From positions 1 through 28,341 of the IMG/VR virus record IMGVR_UViG_3300037518_000029: a stretch of 28,341 nucleotides of DNA. The stretch is one strand, 5' to 3'. Shown piece after piece: positions 1-9,300 of the stretch (the stretch's first letter is position 1; every line of letters begins with the position of its first letter). The notes beneath the pieces are model-generated. The model was not told the DNA's origin. It searched no databases and worked only from the letters and a program-made list of their open reading frames with translations. The position numbers and the translations under genes were made by a program. This stretch comes from a virus. Lineage: Duplodnaviria; Caudoviricetes.

Positions 1-390
1 GATGGCTACATCAACGTCGCCAACTACGCGCAGGGTAAGGCGTTCGAGGGTGAGATCGGTCGGGTCGAGGACGTTCGCTTCATCAGCTCCACCGTCTTCA
101 CCGCGTTCGCTGACGCAGGTGGTGCTGCAGGCGCCATGCTGTCCACCACCGGTACTTTGGCGGATGTGTACCCGCTGATCTTCCTGGCCAAGGACTCGTT
201 CAGCATCATCCCGCTGCGCGCCAACACCAACACCGGCTCGATGCCGGCCACCATGGCTGTGGTGTATCCGAAGGCGACCGAGACCGACCCGCTGGCTCAG
301 CGCGGCGTAATCTCGTGGAAGATGTACCACGCTTCCCTCATTACGAACGCCTTCGGCGTAATTCGTGGCGAAGTGGCTGCAACCGCGTAA
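1..390 (+). CDS. Major capsid protein, N4-gp56-like family (5'-truncated by the window)
   Basis: Frame 1 is open from base 1: DGYINVANYAQGKAFEGEIGRVEDVRFI...DVYPLIFLAKDSF...DPLAQRGVISWKMY. The GEIG..xVRFI, DVYP and DPLxQRG..xWK blocks match the C-terminal part of N4-gp56-type capsids. A strong terminator follows. The 136..390 ORF in the track is only the tail end of this gene. Confidence 0.8.
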   Translation, partial: DGYINVANYAQGKAFEGEIGRVEDVRFISSTVFTAFADAGGAAGAMLSTTGTLADVYPLIFLAKDSFSIIPLRANTNTGSMPATMAVVYPKATETDPLAQRGVISWKMYHASLITNAFGVIRGEVAATA

Positions 391-412
391 ACTACTGATT
401 TTACGGTAGTTT
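389..412 (+). other. Weak stem-loop directly after the capsid stop codon
   Basis: AAACTACTG-atttta-CGGTAGTTT forms a 9-bp stem with one G-U pair, just upstream of the main terminator. Confidence 0.35.
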
Positions 413-416
413 TCAC

Positions 417-446
417 GAAAACCCCCGCCAGTCGGGGGTTTTCTTT
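417..446 (+). terminator. Rho-independent terminator after the capsid gene (possibly bidirectional)
   Basis: Perfect 11-bp inverted repeat GAAAACCCCCG-ccagt-CGGGGGTTTTC followed by TTT. The GC core is flanked by an A-run and a T-run. Confidence 0.85.
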
Positions 447-492
447 ATCCAGCACTAGGACATAACGGTTGCGTACTAAATCTTCGCCGCAC

Positions 493-521
493 TTGCCCTA
501 AAAAGCACAAGCAGCGATACT
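493..521 (+). promoter_or_regulatory. Putative sigma70-type promoter restarting transcription after the capsid terminator
   Basis: TTGCCC (493-498), 17-nt spacer, GATACT (516-521). RBS GAGGT at 538-542 precedes ATG 550. Confidence 0.5.
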
Positions 522-549
522 CCACACACAACCGTACGAGGTCGTCAAG

Positions 550-801
550 ATGAACGAGTACCATATCACCCGAGCCGAGAACGGCTTCGTACTGCGGTAC
601 GACGACATGAAGGTGAAAGAGGCCAACCGTAAAGACGGGGCGAAGTGGAAAGACCCTATGGTTACACGGGTCTACGAGACCGACGCAGCCTTGGTCCAAG
701 ATTTGGCGGCGATGCTGCCGAAGATGCAGCACAACCCAAAGAAAAAGGCCGAAGATGGCGAGTCGGCATTCAATGAAGCGTTTAAGAGCGAGTACCCATG
801 A
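550..801 (+). CDS. Hypothetical phage protein (83 aa)
   Basis: GAGGT RBS, ATGA overlap with the next gene, and codon usage like the neighbours. Confidence 0.8.
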   Translation: MNEYHITRAENGFVLRYDDMKVKEANRKDGAKWKDPMVTRVYETDAALVQDLAAMLPKMQHNPKKKAEDGESAFNEAFKSEYP

Positions 802-1163
802 GCGATGACATGCTGGACAAAAGCGTACAAACCCCGGTGCAACCGCGCAAACCCCGCGCCCGACGCCAAGCCGTTGAGCAGGAAGAGCCGGAATCGATCA
901 ACCGCATGATTGCGACCGACGATCAGAGCGACTACGAGCTGATCCGGCTGCACGCCAGCGACGCTATCCCACCCGGCGGCCAGCCGTTCGGCGTGAACGG
1001 TCGCCAGTTCATCATGACCTCCGAGGTCTGGTACAAAGTGCCGAGTTGGTTGCTGCCGAGCATCGACAACATCATCGCCGACAAGCCGGTGAAGGACCAG
1101 TTCGACCGCCTCACCGGCCACCGCTCGATGAAGGTGTATCCCTACGAAATCTGGCGGGGTTAA
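798..1163 (+). CDS. Conserved phage protein downstream of the capsid gene (possible head completion/assembly factor)
   Basis: Coupled to the previous ORF. The FGVNGRQFIM...WYKVP...YPYEI pattern resembles small proteins commonly encoded after N4-gp56-like capsids. The function is inferred from position. Confidence 0.7.
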   Translation: MSDDMLDKSVQTPVQPRKPRARRQAVEQEEPESINRMIATDDQSDYELIRLHASDAIPPGGQPFGVNGRQFIMTSEVWYKVPSWLLPSIDNIIADKPVKDQFDRLTGHRSMKVYPYEIWRG

Positions 1164-1166
1164 CCC

Positions 1167-1913
1167 ATGAACCTCCGCGACCTGCTGGGTGAGTTGCGCC
1201 GAAACATCCTCCGAGACGCATCGACTGCGGCCAACGGCCGTGAAGTCGACGACTCGATCTGGAGCGACGACGCGCTGCTGCTGTACATCAGGGACGCGGA
1301 GGAGAAATTCGCCAGTCAGACGTTGTGCCTGCGAGACTCTCGGACTGCTGCCATAGCGAACATCACGCTGGTGGCAGACCAAGAGGAATACGCACTGGAC
1401 CGCCGCACCATCTCCGTGCTGGGCGCACAGCTCGACGGGCGTATGGTGCTGGGTCGGGCCAACTGGGGTACGCGTTTCGGTTCGGACAGCCAGTTGACAC
1501 CCAACACGTCGTACCAGGCACCGCGGGAAACCGGGGAGCCACGAATTTATTACACCGATCGGGACACTGGGTTCCTTGGTGTTTACCCAATCCCGTCGGC
1601 CGCCGCTGCCGGCAAGGTTATTCGGTTGCAGGTCGCGCGCCGACCCCTTGTGCCGCTAACCAAGAACGACCTCGACGCCGAGCCGGAGATCCCAGAACAG
1701 TGGCACCTTGATCTTGTTGAGTGGGCTGCGTGGCGCGCTATGCGTAACCACGACCCGGATCTGGACAACGACGTATCGGCCATTGCGCTGGTGCGGTCCA
1801 GGTTCGAGCAACACCGCACCAGGTTTGAAGCCGCGGTGTTGGAGTGTAAACGCGACATGAAATACCTGAACGTACAGCAGGTCGAGTTCGGCCCGCGCGC
1901 TAACTGGAGCTGA
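1167..1913 (+). CDS. Putative head-tail adaptor/connector protein
   Basis: 248 aa. Features are an N-terminal helix plus WSDDALLLYIRDAE, ITLVADQEEYALD, GEPRIYY...LGVYPIP and EPEIPEQWHLDLVEWAAWRA, a pattern typical of short-tail adaptor proteins. Confidence 0.7.
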   Translation: MNLRDLLGELRRNILRDASTAANGREVDDSIWSDDALLLYIRDAEEKFASQTLCLRDSRTAAIANITLVADQEEYALDRRTISVLGAQLDGRMVLGRANWGTRFGSDSQLTPNTSYQAPRETGEPRIYYTDRDTGFLGVYPIPSAAAAGKVIRLQVARRPLVPLTKNDLDAEPEIPEQWHLDLVEWAAWRAMRNHDPDLDNDVSAIALVRSRFEQHRTRFEAAVLECKRDMKYLNVQQVEFGPRANWS

Positions 1914-1917
1914 ACAC

Positions 1918-3321
1918 ATGGCACTCGTACTTGATCCAGCCACCGGGCTGTATGTGGAAGATGGTAAACCGGCGCAACCGGGAGTCGCAGGGCGTGCAGC
2001 AGCGCCGGGACAGCCACGACAGACCAGTTTCGATATAACCAACACCCCGGCCGCGCAACAACGCGCCAACCCTAACGCTATCAACGTAGGGCAGGCTGCA
2101 GCTGACGTGGCCCTCGGCACGCTGTCCACACCCGTGGCTGCATTGGCTGACTTGGCTAGGTTCCGAGGCACTCAAGCGCTGGGCGGCGATGTAGGCACGC
2201 TGGAGGGGGGTGTAAACCCGCGCCTGACCGCCGCGCAGAACCGCATCAGCGGTGGTCTGTCGCAGCTCGGGCAGGCTACGTCACAGGCGTTCCAGCCGAT
2301 CAGCGACGCCCTTAGCGGTGCCAGATCCACGGCACTCGGTGCGCTTGGCGCTCAGCCAACCCAACCGGCTCCGCAACCTACCCCCGTAACTGCCCCTGGT
2401 GTTACGCCAACCACGGGTGTGCAGTCGCAACAACCCGCACCGAGCGCAGGTGTAGTAGGTCCGCAACCCGCCAGCTACGCAGGCACGGGTATTGGCGTTG
2501 GCGCCCAAGGCGGGGAGATATTCCGCCAAGAGGGTGGCAGTATCCCATCGTTCACTAACGTAAACGCTACGCCTGGCTTGCAGGGGCTTACCGGAGCGAC
2601 AGGGCAGGTTGTTGGCGCACCAGTAGCCGCGGAGTCCAGCCAACTAACCGGGTTCGGCGGATTCGCCCCCGGCGAGGCCCGCGCGTATCTAGACGAATCC
2701 GACGCGCGCCGCACCACATCACTGCGCGAAGGGCAGCAACTCCGTGATCGCTTAGCGATGGACATCAGCCGTAGTGAGCTGGAGCGCAGCACCACACGCG
2801 GTAGTGCAACGGACCGCGCTGCAGCCCGCCAGAGCCTCCGGGCGCTGGACGAGCAGATAGGCCAGACTGATACCCGCGCGGGCGCCGCGGCGCAGGCACA
2901 GGAACAACGCGCAGGTAACCTGGAGATCGCTAACCTGCAAGGCCAGCTCGGTCTGCAGAACGCACAAGCCGCGGCGCAAGGCGCCGTAGAAGCTGCGCAA
3001 GTTAGGTCGCAAGGTGGGGCCAACCTCGAAGCTGGTGAGCGTGCGGTTCGTGAGCGGTTCAAGAACCAGCAGATCCAAGCGCTACAAGCGCAAGCGATCC
3101 AGCTACGACAACAAGGGACGCCGGAGGCTATTGCCCAAGCGGCCCAGGTCGAGCAGCAGATGCAGACGCTTCTTACTGGTAGCGCAGGGCAGCCGGCAGC
3201 CAAACCTATAGAGGACGCGCTGGGGCGTGTGACCGGGTTTACCCGTGGGACTGACATAATCCCACTAGACCCAGCTGGGATCGAGGCGCAGAAGCGAGTA
3301 GCATCCCTGTTTAGTCAGTAA
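1918..3321 (+). CDS. Putative internal virion/ejection protein (467 aa, A/G/Q-rich)
   Basis: Long ORF between the adaptor and the giant protein. It has a Pro/Gln/Thr low-complexity middle and a Gln/Ala coiled-coil-like C-terminal half. The function is inferred from position and composition. Confidence 0.6.
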   Translation: MALVLDPATGLYVEDGKPAQPGVAGRAAAPGQPRQTSFDITNTPAAQQRANPNAINVGQAAADVALGTLSTPVAALADLARFRGTQALGGDVGTLEGGVNPRLTAAQNRISGGLSQLGQATSQAFQPISDALSGARSTALGALGAQPTQPAPQPTPVTAPGVTPTTGVQSQQPAPSAGVVGPQPASYAGTGIGVGAQGGEIFRQEGGSIPSFTNVNATPGLQGLTGATGQVVGAPVAAESSQLTGFGGFAPGEARAYLDESDARRTTSLREGQQLRDRLAMDISRSELERSTTRGSATDRAAARQSLRALDEQIGQTDTRAGAAAQAQEQRAGNLEIANLQGQLGLQNAQAAAQGAVEAAQVRSQGGANLEAGERAVRERFKNQQIQALQAQAIQLRQQGTPEAIAQAAQVEQQMQTLLTGSAGQPAAKPIEDALGRVTGFTRGTDIIPLDPAGIEAQKRVASLFSQ

Positions 3322-3346
3322 TAGACACCCGAAGGAGAGTTGCAGG

Positions 3347-6300
3347 ATGGCGGAACCAACGTTTTTTGATACTTCCCTGCAACTGCTCCAACTGCAGCAG
3401 CAGAACCAAGCCGCCGCGGACGCCGCAAAGCGCCAAGCTGCCATAGACGCCACGGCGCAGGCCGAACGCACCCGCGACCGTACGCTTGGCGAGGTAGCGG
3501 GCGACGTAGGCTTGGCTGGGTTGCAGTCCGCCGTCAGTCTGGGCGGGTCTGCCTATGGTCTAGCAAACGTGGCTACCCTCGGCGCGCTCGATAGGGCTAC
3601 CGGGTTCTCCGGCAATCTCCAAGAAACACAAGAAACCTTAGAAGGTTGGAAGTCCGCACCAATCCAAGCCCGGCGCGAAAACGTCATGGGTGCGTTCCAA
3701 CAAGGTGTTGGCACAGGTCTCGCCGAAGCGGTGACTACCCCCAGCGTCTTGGCAGATATGGGTGTTCAGTCGTTGGCGTTCTTCCTGCCTGGCCTGGGTG
3801 CAGCCGGTGCTGCGGCTAAGACCGCACAGGCTACCGCCGCAGCACGCGGCGCATCTACCGGGGCAGCAGCGCTCCACGCGAACACACAGGCTACTCGCGC
3901 AGCGCTGGCGGCCAACGCAGCCACTATGGGTGGTATGGGTAACGTCGACGCGATCAACGAGGCGCGGGGCGCAGGCTTGAGCGAGAACGAAATACAGCTC
4001 GCCGGTATGGGCGGGGCTGCCGCTAACGCGCTACTGAGTTTCGGCACCAACAAATTTACTGGCGCGGCAGGTCTTGAGGCCCGTGTAGCGCAGCGCTTCG
4101 CAGGCGCCGGGAGCGTAGAGCAAGCAGGAGGCGTGGCTGCACGGATTGGTGCCGGCGCGCTGCGAGAGGGCACACAAGAGGCGCTGGAGGAATCAGGCCA
4201 GCAGGCTATTCGCAACGTAGCGGGCCAACGACCTATCGAAGAAGGCACCGCCACCAGTGCGGCCCTCGGCGGTCTGCTGGGTGGTACGTTCGGTGCAGCG
4301 TTCGGTGCTGCTAACGTGCGCAAGCCAACGCAGACCCGCGAACAGATCCAGGCCGTACAGGCAGAGCTGGAAGCTGAGCTTGAAGGTTTGGGGCTACGCA
4401 CCGGCGACCGTCCGCTGGACGCCATGATGCGCGCTCGGCGGGCGGCCGGTGCGATCCAAGAAGAAATTGACTTGGGTGCTACACCGCTACCAGGCGAAAC
4501 CCAGGAAGAAATCGACATCGGCGCCACACCGCTACCCGGCGCTGAGTTCGACGCAGAAGAAATTAACCTGGGTGCCGTACCGCCTCCAGGGCTTAGTGGA
4601 CTCAACGCCATCGTGGCCCAGCAGCGTGCAATACAAGCACAGCAGCCACCACGCATGGGTGTGCAGGAGATTAGCTTCGACCAGTACACTGGTGCCACAG
4701 ACCAAGAAGTCGCTGGTCTGCCACAGGTAGAAGAAATTGCCGGCCGCAGCGTACAAGACATTATCCGCGAGACCGCGCCCATCGAGCGTGTGGCGCAGCA
4801 GTTCGGCCCCGCAGTAGCAGGCGCAGAAGCCGCACGCCGCGCTGCCGCAGCAGAAGTACCCGTAGCGCCGGCGCAAGCTCCGGACCTGAGTACCCCGAAA
4901 GCTCGTGGCGCGTTCAAGGCGTCGGTACGCCAAGCGTTCGTAGACAAGGCCGGTATCACCCCGCGCCAAGCCCAAGGCGCGCAGTTCGAGGCTATCGTGG
5001 ATGCTGCAGCCGCTACTGGCGCACGCCCAGGCACCCCCGAGTTCGATATTGCCGTGGGCGTAGAAGCCGCTCGCCGGTTGGGTCAGGTAGAAGCTGCCGG
5101 CGGACAATCCGCACTGTTGGGCGCGCTGGTCAACAACTACCCGGTAACAGAAGAACAGCGCGTTGGCGCTGCGTTCGATCGCGGCGGGGTGGCTACTACT
5201 GAGGAAGAACTGTTCGGCACGGCACCGGAGACCGAGGCGCAAGCCCCCCAGGAAGCACCGTTGATCCCAGCCGAGGCGGTAAAAGCCGGCGAGGTGGGGC
5301 AGGTGTGGGTAGACCAACAAGGCCAAGAGTTCCGTGTGGTACAAGCGCCTAACGCTGGCCGCACCGTATTGGTAGAAGACGCCCAAGGCGGACGCCGGGG
5401 TATCCCGTTCAACCGCGTCCGCGCACAAGGTTGGCAGCTTCGCCCAACCCCGCAGGTAGCCGGGCTCACCGCCGACGCCGCGTCGCAGCTCCGCAATCTG
5501 CTTGCCGGTACATACTGGGCTGAACGCGGCGGCCGGCTGCTGCGTGCGCAAGGTGACACAGGCCCAGTGGTAGGTCGTACCGAGTGGCTGTCGTCTATCC
5601 CCGAGGTACAGTCCGTACTGTCGAACACCGGCTACAACGCGGCAGACGTACAAGGTTGGCTCGACCGCGCGGCCACAGGCCAGGGCCGCCCGCTGGGTGA
5701 CAAGCAGGTGGCGATCATCGAAGGGCTGCTCGATGTTATGTCGCAGCCGCAGACAGAGGTTCGCGGGGCAGAGAACATTACCCAGACCCCAGTAGTATCT
5801 GCGTGGTTGAACCGCCGCATGGACGATATTCGCCAGCGCAATGAGATGCCCGAAGGTGTAGACCTGCGAGGCACTATAGAAGTCAACATAGATTCGCCGA
5901 ATATGGCTAGAGCGGGGCGCGCCGGTAAAATACAAGCCGAGGTGAGCAGCGTACAGAAAGCAATTCGCGACATCGCCAAATGGGCGGGAGATCACCCGAC
6001 AGAATGGGCACAATTGTCGAACGATGAGCAGATACGGCTTGATTTCGCGGACCCAGTGAGCACCTTGGAGTTTATGCGGACAGGAGCCCGCCAAGAATCT
6101 ATGGTGGACGTAGCTCGGCGCGAGGCAGCCAACCAACGCGCCGACGCCGCGACCCCACGACAAGTAACCACAGCAGCCCCGCGCTATGACGCACAGGCGT
6201 GGGCGGACTACATGACCTACCCCGGCGCAGCACAGCTCAACGCCCTGGTTGGTATGAAGGAGCAGCAGGGCAACCCACAGCCGGTACTCGCCGCCATGCT

Positions 6301-9300
6301 GTACGGGATCGACATCGCTGGTGACTTGGCAGAGCTGAACCCATTGGTTATGGCCGCCCAAGCACACCCTGAGTTCGCGCTTATGCCACAGGATGGCCGC
6401 AGCGAGGTCACTACGCACATCGCCCAGGCGGTTAACCGGGTCACAGGTGCTACGTTCGAGCTTGCGGATACGGTGCCGGTACGACCTACCGAGCTGCAGC
6501 GCGCCTTGGCTATGAGCGAAGACGAGTACATCGCCACTATCAACCCGACCGGTGCTACCAGCGAAGCCGGCGACGTGGTTATTGTGCGCGTAGGCGATCT
6601 AGACCGCCCAGCGAGCGCCCCCAAGGTGGCTACGTTCGCAGATAGCCAAGGTACTGCGGTCGATGTTTACGCAGACGCCAACGGCACACTGTACGCAGAA
6701 CAAGGCGGCGAAGTCGTTGGGCAGATTGAGAGCCGCGACGGCGAGACGCTGAACATAGTAGTCCAGGAGGCGCAAGGGCGCGGCATCGGCACTGGGCTTG
6801 CTGCGGAGCTTATCCGCCGTGAGCCGTTTGCACAGGCTGGTAGCCTAAGCCCTGCCGGTGAAGCTACCCGCCGCGCTGCATTCCGCCGGGTTAAGGCGCA
6901 GACAGCCAAGTTCGCCCAAGGCACCGCAGGCAAGGCGATGAACAAGCGTGTGTTCGACCGCGCCGTCACCACAGCCCAAGGCAACCTAACCGTACCCGTA
7001 ACTGGCGTGGATACCGTAGCCGACCTGCAGACCGAGACCGGACTGGCGCTGCCGACCAACGTCAAGGGCATGTTCTACAACGGCAATATCTATCTAGTGC
7101 GCGAGAACATTGCCAACGGCAAGGATATGGCCCTCACCCTGGCGCACGAGCTGGGTCACAGCGGGCTTGCCACACTACTCGGCCCTAGTCTGAACGCAGC
7201 CACCAACCGCATGTGGGCCAACGCCGATATGCGCGGGCGTATCCGCGGCAAGATGGCTGACCTCAAGATGGCCCAAGGCACTGAAGCCGAGCGCCGCGCC
7301 AGCCGCACCTTAGCCGCAGAGGAAGTGTTGGCTGACATGCTGGCCTCCGGCGAGCGGCTGAATAAGGACATCTGGTCTAAGCTCCGGGCTGGTGTAAGGG
7401 ACTTCTTCGCTCGTGTGTTCGGTGTGCGTGACTATGTGGTTAGTAACAAAGAGGTCGACGCACTGTTGGGCGACGTGGCACGGGTGATCAACGGCGCCGC
7501 CGCAGGGCAGGTACGCAGCGAGATGGCCAACGCGGATATGTGGCTGAACAACCCGGAAGCAGCAGCCGCGGCCGACCCTAAGTTCTCCAGGATCAAGGTC
7601 GACATGGAGGATGTGATAGCTAAAGCCCAGGCAGAGCCTAACCAGCAGACAACCCCCCTGTCCGACATTACTAAGGCGGCGGGGGAAGCGTCCGCAGGTG
7701 TTGCCCGGCAGGTGTGGAACGCGATCAAGGAGAACAAGCTGGGCGCGCTGTACACCAAACACGCTATGCACCTGAACCAATTAAAAGACTGGTATGACCC
7801 GATGTTCGGGGGGCGTATCAGCACCTTGGCTAACGCTAAGCGGGCTAAAGAGGCATTCTTCAACCAGTCACTTACCCGCCCAACGGATCTGGAGTACGAC
7901 GGGGAGAAGCTGGGGGCTGCGTCTATCATGGATGTTGCCGGCGAGTGGACAAAGTTCAGCCGGGAGAACCCGCAGAAGCACAACGCACTGAACCACATGA
8001 AACAGTACAGCACGTTTTACAAGGTGTTCCCTGATAAGTCGTGGGAAGATCAACGCGACATTGATTACGCCGCCGCCGGGTACACCGCGGAAGAACGACA
8101 AGCGGGGCACGCACGACTGCAAAAGGCGTACCAGGCTATCGGGCCAAAGGGCCAGGAGATATACAAGAAGGCCCAGGCTATCTACAAGAAGCAGTGGGAC
8201 CGCCACCACGCGGTATTGCTCGCAGAGCTGCGCCGCGCGGGCAAGGCCCACCAAGAGTCCGTGCAGCAGGACGACGGCACAATAGAACTGATCCAGAAAT
8301 ACGAATCGGATGTCCGCGCTGCCATGCAGCGCATCTCGGAAGGCCCGTACTCCCCGCTGCAGCGTAACGGTGAATACAACGTGACCGTCTGGAAAGACAA
8401 CACCGTGGCGTACTTCGCCGCGTACGATACGCGCCAAGATGCTGAGATCGCACGCAAGCAGATCAACGAGAACTTTGAGCGCACAGGGGAGACCGGCGCC
8501 ACAGTGAACATCGGCGGGCGCAAAGACTTTAGCCTGCAGATCGATAGCGCGGGCAACCGAGGGACCCTGGAGCAACTCACTGCCAAGATCGCGGCGGACC
8601 TGAATGGGGTTATTCCCGCCGGTATGGAGGAGCGGTCGCGGAATAAGATGCTCCGAGCGCTGACCAACAGCCTGACGGAATCGTACCTGCAGTCGCTCCC
8701 ACAGAATGCGTTCATGCAGCACGCACGCACCCGCAAAAACGTCGGTGGTTTCGACATGGATGCGATGCGTTCGTTCGCCGACTACACGCTTCGGTCGTCC
8801 AGAACCACGGCTGGTGTAAAGTACGACGGCGTAATCGGCTCCGCAATGACGGCCATCGATACCTACGTGGCTGATGTAGGAAAGGGGCTATACGCAGAGG
8901 ACGCCGCGGTTAAGAACACGGACACTGACAAACTCCAGTCGATAGCCAATGCGGTCAAGCACCAGCACCAAGCTAGCTTGGATGTTGACAGGGGGGAAGC
9001 GGCGCGGGGTGTTATGCAGGTGTCGTTCCTGTACTACATGACCAGCCTGAGTCAGCTATTCCTCAACGCCTCGCAGACATACATGGTGGCGCTCCCCCGG
9101 CTGGCCGCTAGGTACGGGGTAGCTGCGGCAACCCGAGAGGTCAACAAGGCTGCGGGTCAATATTTCAAGTCCGGGTTCGATCTCCTGAAAGAAGGGTCGG
9201 TGATAAACAAGGCCGCCGCCACAGACCCGGCAGAGGCGCTCGTGGCCGGTATGCTGACCGCGTTGTACGAAGACGGGACTCTGGACTTCACCCAGGCACA

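Noticed and set aside
3766-5034. 422-aa antisense ORF, and similar ones at 2475-3257 and 672-1382
   Set aside because: These are shadow ORFs of GC-rich sense genes, mostly Ala/Ser/Pro/Arg-biased, with no recognisable motifs.
4532-6418. 628-aa antisense ORF inside the giant gene (also 7868-8722)
   Set aside because: It is codon-aligned with the sense gene, so it stays open simply because TTA/CTA/TCA codons are rare. The translation has no protein-like motifs.
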